This document shows, piece by piece, positions 37,227 to 45,909 of a stretch of DNA of 64,000 nt (within the stretch, counting starts at the first letter, position 1; each line of letters begins with the position of its first letter). A model generated the notes under the pieces. The model did no database searches. It had not been told where the DNA came from and was given only the letters and a program-made list of their open reading frames with translations. This stretch comes from an uncultured virus (IMG/VR IMGVR_UViG_2651870170_000001) (Duplodnaviria > Heunggongvirae > Uroviricota > Caudoviricetes), in the IMG/VR virus record IMGVR_UViG_2651870170_000001; one strand, 5' to 3'. The position numbers and the translations under genes are program-made.

Positions 37227-38468
37227 TTATGCTGCTTCTTTCGCCACCAAATCGGAGCGTGCTGCCTGCCAGTCGTCAGGGTGAACCATGAACGCGGCCT
37301 GCATGGCAGCGGGCGAGACGGGTTCGGGCAATGCAGCAAATCCGCAATCGCCGTAGAACCGGCTCGCCATCACAACCTGTTCGCGCGCTTCCAGTTTTTC
37401 GAACCGCTCATGCACATCAGCCCGGCCGGGGCGAATCAGCGCGGCGTCCAGATGCTCGGCGAAATTGGTCGTCATGATGAAAATGCGGCCATCAGGTGTC
37501 GTGATTCCATCCAGTGCGTTGAGCAATCCTGCTTTGGTAACGCCCTGCGATTCCTTCTCGGGCTCTTTCGGGTCTTTCTCGACGGCGCGGATCTTGGTCG
37601 CCTGGGCGCAGTCGATATCCTCAATCAGGACAATCGCATTGGATGGGGCCTCAGTGATCGCGGAGAACAGCGCGTCATCGTCGTCAACCGATCCAAGATT
37701 GAGAACGCATACCGGGCGACGCACGTGGCCCGCCAAGGCGAGAACGATGGATGTCTTGCCGGTTCCCGGTGGCCCGGAGAACAGGTAGCCGCGACGGTAG
37801 GGAATACCGCGCGATTCGTACCATTCCCGCGATTCCATGAACCATGCGAGGTCAGCCAGGATTCGGTCCATCTGCCCAGCCTTCAGGGTCAGCGTGTCGA
37901 TGCGGCGCGGTGTGCGGCCTCGGATCGTGTTCCAGTAACCATTCCAGATGCGGAGCGACACCAGCGAGCTTTGCATCGTGATGTCGTGCGCCTCTGCCAC
38001 CAGGGAACGCAGGATCGCCTGTGAGCGTCCGAATGTGCGGAAGTGGATCTTTTCGATGGGGCGCATGTTGGACTTGTTGCCACCCGGCTTGTCGCCTTCC
38101 TCTCGGTTGATGAAGAGAATACGCCGACGCCAGATGAACCAGTGCGGCCCCACGCCCGGAGCCAGAAAATAGGCGGGCATCGAATCCGATTGACCCGGCG
38201 ACATAATGGAGTTGTTGTCGGCCGGCGAGCGCAGTGTAACCTTGTGCGTCTTGCGTGCGTACGGTTGCGCCGACAGCCAGCGATCAATCCACGCGAATGT
38301 CGGGTCCATGTTCGACACCGTCAATTCGACAGTAAGCGAGCGAAGCAGCGCGCCGCCGATCATCGCGGGAATCTGGCGCAGTTGGTAAGCGATGCCGCCT
38401 AAGACTGTTGCCGTACCGAGGCCGGCGACGATGGGATTGCGCAGGGTTGAGGCGATAAGATCAATCAC
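37227..38468 (-). CDS. BCS1-like membrane-anchored AAA+ ATPase
   Basis: N-terminal TM; PGVGPHWF; GIPYRRGYLFSGPPGTGKTS, LIEDID, LLNALDG, FIMTTN, LDAALIRPGRAD. Confidence 0.85.
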   Translation of the reverse strand: MIDLIASTLRNPIVAGLGTATVLGGIAYQLRQIPAMIGGALLRSLTVELTVSNMDPTFAWIDRWLSAQPYARKTHKVTLRSPADNNSIMSPGQSDSMPAYFLAPGVGPHWFIWRRRILFINREEGDKPGGNKSNMRPIEKIHFRTFGRSQAILRSLVAEAHDITMQSSLVSLRIWNGYWNTIRGRTPRRIDTLTLKAGQMDRILADLAWFMESREWYESRGIPYRRGYLFSGPPGTGKTSIVLALAGHVRRPVCVLNLGSVDDDDALFSAITEAPSNAIVLIEDIDCAQATKIRAVEKDPKEPEKESQGVTKAGLLNALDGITTPDGRIFIMTTNFAEHLDAALIRPGRADVHERFEKLEAREQVVMASRFYGDCGFAALPEPVSPAAMQAAFMVHPDDWQAARSDLVAKEAA

Positions 38469-39007
38469 ACAACCTCCGCCGCTTCTTCCATCACCCCAAA
38501 AGCCTTCATCGCGCCGACTCTATGCGAGGACACAGCGCCGCGAAGGCATTCGAGAACGATTTCATAATCACTTTCATGCTTCTTCCATGAACCGGCCGCC
38601 AGGTTTGCCATGTGTGCGCGCTCGAATTCCGTATGCTGATGCAACCCGGTTCCGTTGCATTTGGTGCACTCGTTGATGACGCCATGCTTGTTGGTCACGA
38701 TCCCGCGCCCCCCGCACTTGCGGCAATTGTCTGCAAGCCACTCCCTCACTGCCGTATGGCAAAGCGCCTTCAGCACATTCCGCTTGCGACGCTCATAGAA
38801 CCGCTCGCCCAGCAGGAATACGCAGCGACCGTAGACCGTGTGATCGTGTGCCCATTTCAGGCGCTCAAGTAGCGAACCTAGCTTATCGCCAGACAGGCCC
38901 CGTGCTGCAATGTAATCGGCGTCGGTCGGGCCGGTGTCGCGCCATCGGAGATCGCCCGAGTTAATCGCCCGCGCTTCACGTCGTCGGAAACCACTGAAAC
39001 TTGCCAT
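38465..39007 (-). CDS. Late-gene antiterminator, Q-like
   Basis: CRKCGGRG...CTKCNGTG zinc finger; last nin-region gene before late promoter. Confidence 0.7.
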   Translation of the reverse strand: MASFSGFRRREARAINSGDLRWRDTGPTDADYIAARGLSGDKLGSLLERLKWAHDHTVYGRCVFLLGERFYERRKRNVLKALCHTAVREWLADNCRKCGGRGIVTNKHGVINECTKCNGTGLHQHTEFERAHMANLAAGSWKKHESDYEIVLECLRGAVSSHRVGAMKAFGVMEEAAEVV

Positions 39008-39032
39008 GTGTCGCTCCGAATTGATGCCGGAT

Positions 39033-39061
39033 ATCATACCGGATATGTCGTTAGGAGTCCA
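39033..39061 (-). promoter_or_regulatory. Sigma70-like promoter upstream of Q-like gene
   Basis: TGGACT-N17-TATGAT with tandem ATATCCGG repeats. Confidence 0.45.
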
Positions 39062-39083
39062 TCGTAAATGCTTGAATCTACAG

Positions 39084-39287
39084 CTAATCCTGCGTAGAGC
39101 CATCATGCACATCGCGCGGATACGCCGCCTCTACTCCGAATGTTGCAGGATCGGCGTCACGGTGCTTTCTACGGCGATGCAAGGTCGGGGGTAGGGCGTG
39201 ACGTGCATAGAGCCACACATCCACCAAGACCATGAATGTTCCCATTGAGATCACGCCAAGCGCCCAGAAGCCGAGTTTCGTCAGCAT
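39084..39287 (-). CDS. Small membrane protein
   Basis: N-terminal TM; GAGGG RBS. Confidence 0.5.
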   Translation of the reverse strand: MLTKLGFWALGVISMGTFMVLVDVWLYARHALPPTLHRRRKHRDADPATFGVEAAYPRDVHDGSTQD

Positions 39288-39472
39288 GATTCTTCCCTCT
39301 GCCCACAAGGGCATGGCAGATTGCCGTACGGATCGGGTTTGGCGCCGCACGATATGCAAATCCGATGCGGTTGAATTGGCCTATAGACGCACCCAAACCA
39401 GCCAACTCCGTTTTGGTCGACGATTACTCTGCCAAGTCCTATCAGGTCTTCGCGGTTGGTGTCGTGGTTCAT
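39281..39472 (-). CDS. Small zinc-finger protein
   Basis: CISCGA...LPCPCG. Confidence 0.55.
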   Translation of the reverse strand: MNHDTNREDLIGLGRVIVDQNGVGWFGCVYRPIQPHRICISCGAKPDPYGNLPCPCGQREESC

Positions 39473-39786
39473 TTCGGCTCCTTGGCTCGATGCGCATCGA
39501 TTTCGATGTTGATGCTTCCCGGCATATCAGGTCCACAACTGACGACCGCGGCGTATAGCTGCTCAACGTTGTCTTCGAGAGAGATTGCCCAGCGGTAGCG
39601 CTCCGCATCCTCCCTCAACTCACAAACCTCCTGATTCATCTCCCCGCAAGCAGTCACGAAGCTGTTAAGTTCGGCGCGCAACCTCCTTACCTCTGCAATA
39701 AGCTCAACCACAACACCAGGCGTGATGTGCCCGTAGCGGTCTCCGGCGGTGTTGATGCGTTCGATTTGGTCGAGGTCGAGGGTCAT
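39469..39786 (-). CDS. Hypothetical phage protein (Ead-like)
   Basis: TPGVVVELIAEVRRL, REDAERYRW, IDA motifs. Confidence 0.65.
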   Translation of the reverse strand: MTLDLDQIERINTAGDRYGHITPGVVVELIAEVRRLRAELNSFVTACGEMNQEVCELREDAERYRWAISLEDNVEQLYAAVVSCGPDMPGSINIEIDAHRAKEPK

Positions 39787-39995
39787 TTTCCGACTCGCTC
39801 AAACGGATCGGCTGATTCTTGGCAGAACGTGCAGACCACACTGATTATCCATACGATTGCCGCGAGCGTGTAGAAAACGCCCCATCCCCAGCCAGGAGCA
39901 TGCAGGCGGTCAAGCAGCAGCCACCATGCAGCGGTAGCGGTGAGCGGCCAGCGCGACGGCAGATTCTTTGCGGAGACGACTTTGATCTTTTTCAT
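39783..39995 (-). CDS. Small membrane protein
   Basis: Two hydrophobic segments; ATGA overlap. Confidence 0.55.
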   Translation of the reverse strand: MKKIKVVSAKNLPSRWPLTATAAWWLLLDRLHAPGWGWGVFYTLAAIVWIISVVCTFCQESADPFERVGK

Positions 39996-40003
39996 GGCGG
40001 CCA

Positions 40004-40141
40004 TTAGTTGTAGTTGATGGCGAAATAAATCACGTAGAACCACGAGAACATCCCGTGCAAGATGGCCCACCAGATGCTGTGCCACTTCGCATAGCTCATA
40101 ACGATCGCAAGCACAGAGCCGAAACTGATGCCTTCTTTCAT
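40004..40141 (-). CDS. Small membrane protein (45 aa)
   Basis: Manually translated MKEGISFGSVLAIVMSYAKWHSIWWAILHGMFSWFYVIYFAINYN; GGAGG RBS. Confidence 0.6.
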   Translation of the reverse strand: MKEGISFGSVLAIVMSYAKWHSIWWAILHGMFSWFYVIYFAINYN

Positions 40142-40782
40142 GCCACTTCCTCCAAAAGTTGATTAACTTCCGCCTTCTCAGCTATCCGCTTCTCAAGCCG
40201 TCTAGCTTTCTTCTGCATCACCTTCTTGAGCCGCTTGAGGTAATCGATATCCCACTTGGCTGCCCCTTGCATTGCCTCGATTTCTTCGACGCGGTTGACG
40301 CCGATGCGCTCGATGAGGCCACGGCGGAACTCAACGGACATACCTCCGTAGTCCCTATTACATTGCTTACACTGTCCGCATATTTGCGTAAGGTAGTAGC
40401 GCATGTGCGGGGCGCTTCCTACGCTCCGATAATGCCCAGCGTCCATGCCGCCGCCGTATCGCGCTTTTGGCCGGCCCTCGCACGAGATGCACCCATACCC
40501 AGCCAGTTGATCGCGCAACCGGGCAACCTTGTTCACCGCGACTTGCGCCTCGGCAATCCACTCACGGCGCGTCTTGAGTTTGATGGCGCGCTCTTTCATT
40601 GACTTGCGCTCGACCTTCAGTGCCTTGGCCGCTGACTTTTTCTTTGCCGCATCATTCAAAGCCAGCGCACAGGGAACGCTACAGGCTTTGGACATGCTTG
40701 AGATTGGTGCGAAACTATTTCCGCAATGGCGGCAGCGCTTGGGTTTGAGCGCCTTCTTTACCGGAAGAGCGGTTCTTATCAC
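40138..40782 (-). CDS. ninG: NinG/Rap Holliday-junction endonuclease
   Basis: CISCE, DAGHYRSVGSAPHMRY, QCKQCN, GLIERIG; GTG start with GGAGG RBS. Confidence 0.85.
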   Translation of the reverse strand: MIRTALPVKKALKPKRCRHCGNSFAPISSMSKACSVPCALALNDAAKKKSAAKALKVERKSMKERAIKLKTRREWIAEAQVAVNKVARLRDQLAGYGCISCEGRPKARYGGGMDAGHYRSVGSAPHMRYYLTQICGQCKQCNRDYGGMSVEFRRGLIERIGVNRVEEIEAMQGAAKWDIDYLKRLKKVMQKKARRLEKRIAEKAEVNQLLEEVA

Positions 40783-40994
40783 CGGACCTCCCTGATTGCT
40801 TTCGTCGCCATAACAACACAGGTATCTTCGCCGTCGCACTCGCTCGAAAACCCGTACTCTGTCGATCCAGCCGGAATCCATGCTGGCGCGTCGATGCAAT
40901 GTGCGAGTTGCCAATCGTGATCCTGTGGCCATCCACATGACTTCGAAGCCCATACCGAACCTTGGCCATTCAGATTGACGGTGAGCGTTCTCAT
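40779..40994 (-). CDS. Hypothetical Cys-containing protein
   Basis: ORF overlapping both neighbours. Confidence 0.5.
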   Translation of the reverse strand: MRTLTVNLNGQGSVWASKSCGWPQDHDWQLAHCIDAPAWIPAGSTEYGFSSECDGEDTCVVMATKAIREVR

Positions 40995-41407
40995 GCCACA
41001 CCTCGCGCCATCTCTTCATACCCTTGGTCGGCAGGCTCACTCCACTTCACATCACGCTCAGATCCGAACGCGCTCATCAGCTCCTGCAACTCCGACATTT
41101 CCGCCTTTGTCATCTTGCTTGTCGATTGACCCAGCACAACGAAGCCCCCATCCAGCCCTGGAACCGCGCGTTGCTTTTTGAGTCCCGCAGAGAAGATATG
41201 CTTCCAGTCTTCCGGTGCGAGTTTCAGCCCGTGCCATTCAACTTGGCGCGATATGTCGGTCAGCATTGCCCATAGACGAGCGTTCTGGAGGATCGAACGT
41301 GTCGCAGGCTTCACCTCGACGCAAAATCCGTCTGGCGCGCACTTAATGGCCTCGATGGCTTTTGAGCGAGCGACGGCATGGGACAAAACAAACGCCTGCT
41401 TATCCAT
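40991..41407 (-). CDS. ninB: NinB/Orf recombination protein
   Basis: RSILQNARLWAMLTDISRQVEW, EDWK, GQSTSKM, FGSERDVKW. Confidence 0.9.
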   Translation of the reverse strand: MDKQAFVLSHAVARSKAIEAIKCAPDGFCVEVKPATRSILQNARLWAMLTDISRQVEWHGLKLAPEDWKHIFSAGLKKQRAVPGLDGGFVVLGQSTSKMTKAEMSELQELMSAFGSERDVKWSEPADQGYEEMARGVA

Positions 41408-41918
41408 GTGAATCCTCCGCGGGCCAAACTGCACCCTTAGAAACACGGCAAGCATGAACCTGCGTAATCCCAAATTCCAGAGACAACTCCTTCAGGGATG
41501 CGCCGTTTTCCCTCATCGCCCTTAATCGAGCGGCTGATTCAATGGTGAGCTTTGCCTTGCCGTTCCGCGTTAGCGCCGGCTGTCTGTTCTTCTTTACGCA
41601 GTCTTTGGCGTTGTCGAGATAAGTGCCAAGAAAGAGATGATTTGGATTGACGCATGCAGGCACATCGCAGCGATGACAAATAACCATTCCCTTGGGAATT
41701 TCCCCATTGTGGGCCTCAAATGACCAGCGATGTGCAAAGCCCTGTCTGCCGTTCGCTTTCATAAATCCGTATCCTTGCGCATTGACGGCTCCCATCCATA
41801 TCCAGCAACCACATTCAGGGACGCGCTCAATATTCATTTCGATCCGAACCGAAATTGGCGCCCGGTAAGCAAGTTGCGCGCGACGCAATGGCCCGACTTG
41901 TTTTCTCTTTCCGCCCAT
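41400..41918 (-). CDS. HNH homing endonuclease (HNH_3 type)
   Basis: GCWIWMG, AHRWS, CHRCDVPACVNPNHLFLGTYLDN. Confidence 0.9.
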   Translation of the reverse strand: MGGKRKQVGPLRRAQLAYRAPISVRIEMNIERVPECGCWIWMGAVNAQGYGFMKANGRQGFAHRWSFEAHNGEIPKGMVICHRCDVPACVNPNHLFLGTYLDNAKDCVKKNRQPALTRNGKAKLTIESAARLRAMRENGASLKELSLEFGITQVHACRVSKGAVWPAEDSHG

Positions 41919-42018
41919 CAGTAGTTCCCTCCTCGACCGTCAGGAGCATGTGTGATCGCACGCATTGCCATCTGACGGGCGGTGGGGTGGACTAAACGGA
42001 ATATCTGCTTCGAGTCAC

Positions 42019-42207
42019 TCACTTTTCCTCTCCCAAAACCCGGATCTCAACGGCCGGTCCATCCGTCGCCACAAACTGCGTGAGTGCCTTTTGCTGCAAC
42101 TCGATTGCGAGGCGCTTGAAGCGGTCTAACGAGCAGTGAATCCCGGCATTGCCCATGGCTTCGATAAGCTCAGCCGTGGTGTAACCGATTACTATAGGTG
42201 TGGTCAT
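42019..42207 (-). CDS. Hypothetical protein
   Basis: GGAG RBS, ATGA overlap with methyltransferase. Confidence 0.55.
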   Translation of the reverse strand: MTTPIVIGYTTAELIEAMGNAGIHCSLDRFKRLAIELQQKALTQFVATDGPAVEIRVLGEEK

Positions 42208-43943
42208 GCGATCTCCGCAAACATGTCGGATTGGCGAGAGGCGTCGATGCGCCGCTGTTCAACGCGCTCGTATTCGAACTTGATCCGTGCTTCCGCGATC
42301 GCCACGTATTCCGGCGTCATGTCGATACCGATGAACTTGAAGCCTTCGCGCATTGCCGCTTTGCCTGTGCTGCCCGATCCCATGAAGGGGTCGAGGACGA
42401 TGCCGCCCGGAGGTGTCACCAGGCGGCACAGATAGGCCATAAGGTCGGTTGGCTTGACGGTTGGATGGTGGTTGCCATTGCGCTCTTGCCAATCGGCCGT
42501 TTCGCGATCGCGCATCGTTGCATCGGTCTCGACCGCCGGCGCATCGCTACCGCCGATGCCTTCGTTGCGATCGGTTCGCGATGCTTTGGCACAGTACATA
42601 AATCGGCTACCAGTCGACGGCGCGCAATCCTTCTCCACAACTACCGAGTTCGTCGGCGTGATGCTGAATGTGATGCTCCCGGCAGAGCCATCTAATTCGG
42701 AGTGGCTGGCTGTAATCGTCATGGTGCCGGTCGGCGCCAGGCTTGCCGCAACGCTCACAGGGTTCGGGATCAGGGAATGCCTTCCTTGCGGCAGCGCGAG
42801 CAAGGACGCGTTGCCGAAATGCTGAATCGTCTCGATAACGCGTTCGGCGATCTGCCTTGATTGCTTCGGCGTTACGATCGTAGAAGGTGCCTTCGAGACG
42901 CTTAACCGCCTGCCCACGGGGAGCACCGATATTGCTGCATCGCTTTGAGCAATAGCGTCGGATAGCTTTTGCAGGGACAAATTGGCTGCCGCAGTAAGCG
43001 CAGGCGATAGGGCTTCGAGCCATTCCTCATCCTCCATTTGAACGCAGTAAAAGAAGCGGGCCGCAGATCCTGTATCGAGTCGACGCGCGCCGGGCTTCAT
43101 GGCGAAGTTCGTACTACCTGCATCGGAATAGACGCGATCGACGCTGGGCTCATTCGCACGACCTGCGCGCAGAGAGCCATAGACGTTCTGACTGGCGCGC
43201 GCAGCAGGATTGAGGCTTGCATCCGCCATCTGGCCCGGCGCATCGGGAAATTGCTCGAGTACTTCGGGCGAGCCGTCGTGAATGACGTTGGCTGGCCAGC
43301 GCCCGATATCGCTTGGTTGCCAGTCTTCGGGGCGCTTGTGCATGCGCCAGCCATCGGCTGCAGTAGGGTTGCCGAATGGCTGTGCCTGGCCGGCTATCCG
43401 GCACGCGTCAATATTGATTGCGCCGGTACCGTATGCCTCAACGTTTGCTGCGACGGTACCGATAAGCGGCTTGCGGGCCATGCAAATCGGTTCCGTAGCT
43501 GGCTTGAGCGCGGTTCCCCAGCCTTCCCATTGCCCGTCGAGATTCTTCGATTTCGGGAAACCGCTGCCGTAGTGCCACGGCACCATGTCGCGGATCTCGA
43601 AACCAGCATCCTCGATCGCACAAGTCATGCGGTGATAGGTCCGCGTAGCTGCGAACGCCAGAAGGTGGCCGCCCGGCTTAAGTACGCGCAGGCATTCGGC
43701 CCATAACTCGACGCGGTGCGCAATGTCGCCGCCGTCCCAAACCTTGCCCATGAAACCCTTGTCGCCGATGCGATGGCGCCCATGCGGCATTTCTGGATTG
43801 TTCGTGCGTGCGTGGCCGCCACGGGAAACCTGCGTGAGGTGATAGGGCGGATCGCAGACGACAGAATCCACAGAGGCGTCGTCAAGCGTGCGCAGGACAT
43901 CCATGCAATCGCCAAGGCGAAGTTCGTAAGCGGCGTTCATCAT
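42204..43943 (-). CDS. Beta-class amino (N6A/N4C) DNA methyltransferase with a 151-codon in-frame insertion
   Basis: GDC, VCDPPY (motif IV), GSGFPKS, ALKPATEPI, GRWPAN, HPTVKP, VLDPFMGSGSTG (motif I). Confidence 0.9.
   Translation of the reverse strand: MMNAAYELRLGDCMDVLRTLDDASVDSVVCDPPYHLTQVSRGGHARTNNPEMPHGRHRIGDKGFMGKVWDGGDIAHRVELWAECLRVLKPGGHLLAFAATRTYHRMTCAIEDAGFEIRDMVPWHYGSGFPKSKNLDGQWEGWGTALKPATEPICMARKPLIGTVAANVEAYGTGAINIDACRIAGQAQPFGNPTAADGWRMHKRPEDWQPSDIGRWPANVIHDGSPEVLEQFPDAPGQMADASLNPAARASQNVYGSLRAGRANEPSVDRVYSDAGSTNFAMKPGARRLDTGSAARFFYCVQMEDEEWLEALSPALTAAANLSLQKLSDAIAQSDAAISVLPVGRRLSVSKAPSTIVTPKQSRQIAERVIETIQHFGNASLLALPQGRHSLIPNPVSVAASLAPTGTMTITASHSELDGSAGSITFSITPTNSVVVEKDCAPSTGSRFMYCAKASRTDRNEGIGGSDAPAVETDATMRDRETADWQERNGNHHPTVKPTDLMAYLCRLVTPPGGIVLDPFMGSGSTGKAAMREGFKFIGIDMTPEYVAIAEARIKFEYERVEQRRIDASRQSDMFAEIA
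42591..43058 (-). mobile_element. 453-bp HNH-carrying insertion with degenerate duplicated junctions
   Basis: CGCTTCTTTTACTGC (43044-43058) and CGATTTATGTACTGT (42591-42605), both encoding RF(F/M)YC, 453 bp apart. Confidence 0.7.
42607..43023 (-). CDS. HNH endonuclease nested out of frame inside the methyltransferase
   Basis: GGAGGATGAGGA before ATG; CAYCG...YCSKRC zinc finger; CERCG...HHDDYSQPLRIRWLCREHH..H HNH core. Confidence 0.85.
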   Translation of the reverse strand: MARSPIACAYCGSQFVPAKAIRRYCSKRCSNIGAPRGQAVKRLEGTFYDRNAEAIKADRRTRYRDDSAFRQRVLARAAARKAFPDPEPCERCGKPGADRHHDDYSQPLRIRWLCREHHIQHHADELGSCGEGLRAVDW

Positions 43944-43974
43944 TCCCCCGCCAGCCAGTCGAGTACTTTTGTGG

Positions 43975-44556
43975 TCACGCTGCAATCTCCTCAGGTTCAT
44001 CCCACAGGTTGTGAACCACGCGACCGTTCGCGGCAGTCGGCACCTGAACAAGCCCAAGCGCCGGAGCAAAGGGATTTACCATCGTCGCGCCGGTTTTCCT
44101 GAGGCGCCGGCGGATGCCATATAGCCTTACTTTTTCGGATTGAGACTGGCGGGGAGGGCGAGGCACGTTTTTACCGGGGCCGATTGCGTAGATGGCCGCT
44201 GCACGGCCGCCGCCTCCCTGACGCCAGCCGATGACATGGGTCTTGCCATCCGGGCCGGGGTTTGAAGCGCGGAGATGCCGGTCAATGACCGATTGGGAAA
44301 GCCCGGTACGTCGGGTGATGTCGGACACGGTGCTGGGCAGTCTCTCGATTTCGGCCTTGACCAGATTCCACGCAAATCCCGCAGCACCGCGATCAGAATG
44401 AGCGCGCGGGCCGAGGCCCATCACATCTCGAGCATGCGAGACCGCAGCGTGATAGCTGTGGCGCGGAATCTGGATAAGCTGGCGCTTAAAGTTTTCCGTA
44501 CCAAGCCACGCCTTGCTCAGGATTTCTTCCTCTTCAGGTGTCCAAGCGTTTCTCAT
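43975..44556 (-). CDS. Hypothetical DNA-binding protein
   Basis: WTPEEEEIL start; TVSDITRRTGLSQSVI HTH-like segment. Confidence 0.6.
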   Translation of the reverse strand: MRNAWTPEEEEILSKAWLGTENFKRQLIQIPRHSYHAAVSHARDVMGLGPRAHSDRGAAGFAWNLVKAEIERLPSTVSDITRRTGLSQSVIDRHLRASNPGPDGKTHVIGWRQGGGGRAAAIYAIGPGKNVPRPPRQSQSEKVRLYGIRRRLRKTGATMVNPFAPALGLVQVPTAANGRVVHNLWDEPEEIAA

Positions 44557-45050
44557 GCTGCCTCCAGTTGGCATTCCTCGGCCGAATACATGTGCCCTTC
44601 GTTCGCCCGCTTCACGATCGCCCGAAGGGCTTCCTTGATCTCGGCTCGCGTGGCGAGTGCGCATTGCTGGTCGTGCAGGGTGATCGCATGACGCATGGCC
44701 GCAATCCCGGACTCATCGAACGTCCACTTACCAGTGCGATCGGCGCGATATTTCACGGCCATGAGCGATTCCATCGCAGCCTTGACTTCGGGAATAAACT
44801 CTTCGCCGTAGCCACGCTCAGCCAAAACCAGAGCGACGTTCATCGAGCTGGCGAGGACGTACCAGGATTCCTCGTCGCCGTCGCGCAGCATCTGCTCGAA
44901 TGCGATGTGGTAGACAAGGCCCAGATCGCGCTGCTGGTCGTCGGTCAACGGGTTAGCGTCGCGGCGCTTCTCGGCACTCGAGACAATGCGGGAGACGAAA
45001 CGTGTCGGGTCGTACTTGCGGCGAGTCTTTTTAGAGGCTGGCATTTTCAT
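44553..45050 (-). CDS. Hypothetical phage protein
   Basis: GGAG RBS; LHDQQ motif; ATGA overlap. Confidence 0.65.
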   Translation of the reverse strand: MKMPASKKTRRKYDPTRFVSRIVSSAEKRRDANPLTDDQQRDLGLVYHIAFEQMLRDGDEESWYVLASSMNVALVLAERGYGEEFIPEVKAAMESLMAVKYRADRTGKWTFDESGIAAMRHAITLHDQQCALATRAEIKEALRAIVKRANEGHMYSAEECQLEAA

Positions 45051-45909
45051 GCTCCGACTGTTCAATCACATTTGCGATTCGCACGGAACCAAGTGGCGCG
45101 GATAAAAGTTCTTTCGGCCACCCATTTTTTGCTCGCTTCCAGACGACATAGGGAGGCAGACCCCAACTTCTCGCCCATTCGGAAGCGCATTTCTCAACGC
45201 CATCGATCTCAATGATCATCGGTGTACTCTTGGGTTTTTCTCTCACTTCCGGCGACGTGGACAGCGCGCGATCAATGGTCCAGCCGCGATTCCGAATACG
45301 ATCTCTAAGCGTCGCGTAGCCAATTCCGGTTTCTTTGGCCCAGTCTTTCAAACTCAACCTCCTGCCTTTGAATTCGTAGGCCAAGGAGTTGCGCTTGTTT
45401 TCGTTTTGCTCTTTGATTGTTGCCCACCGGCAATTTCCGGGTTCGTAATTCCCATTCACATCAGGGTATCGATCCAGAGACAAGCCAGCTGGCCGCTCAC
45501 CCATATCCTCCAGAAATCGTTCAAACGAGTTCCAGCGCTCGCAAATAGTGATTCCACGGCCCCCATATTCGGCGAAGTGACTATCTTTTTCCTGAAGGCA
45601 GCGGCGACGCATGGCTTGCCATGTGTGATAAGTGCGCGTATGCGAACCGGGGCGCGCGTGGCCATGAACGCGTGCATGCACCTTCGCCGCATCGGCAATC
45701 AGGCATCCGCATGAGCGAGTCTTATCGGTGCGAAGGCTCTTTCCAGAGACCACAGATTCTTCGCCGCAATCGCATGCGCAAAGCCAGTAGGCGCGGCCTT
45801 GATTGCTGACATGAGATGGCGTCGCCGCACGAGATAGGACCAACAATCGACCGAATCTCTGCCCGGCCATATCGACCATCTTTGTGTTGTGTTTCTGTGA
45901 GCGAGCCAT
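45031..45909 (-). CDS. HNH-type homing endonuclease (paralogue of 32163-32831)
   Basis: GQRFGRL, CACDCG, SCGC, YGGRGITICERW, SLDRYPDVNGNYEPGNCRWAT. Confidence 0.85.
   Translation of the reverse strand: MARSQKHNTKMVDMAGQRFGRLLVLSRAATPSHVSNQGRAYWLCACDCGEESVVSGKSLRTDKTRSCGCLIADAAKVHARVHGHARPGSHTRTYHTWQAMRRRCLQEKDSHFAEYGGRGITICERWNSFERFLEDMGERPAGLSLDRYPDVNGNYEPGNCRWATIKEQNENKRNSLAYEFKGRRLSLKDWAKETGIGYATLRDRIRNRGWTIDRALSTSPEVREKPKSTPMIIEIDGVEKCASEWARSWGLPPYVVWKRAKNGWPKELLSAPLGSVRIANVIEQSEHENASL

Noticed and set aside
42591..43058. Intein or self-splicing intron in the methyltransferase
   Set aside because: A junction Cys is present but there is no C-terminal His-Asn or recognisable intein block, and the nested ORF leaves only about 36 nt, too little for an intron core.
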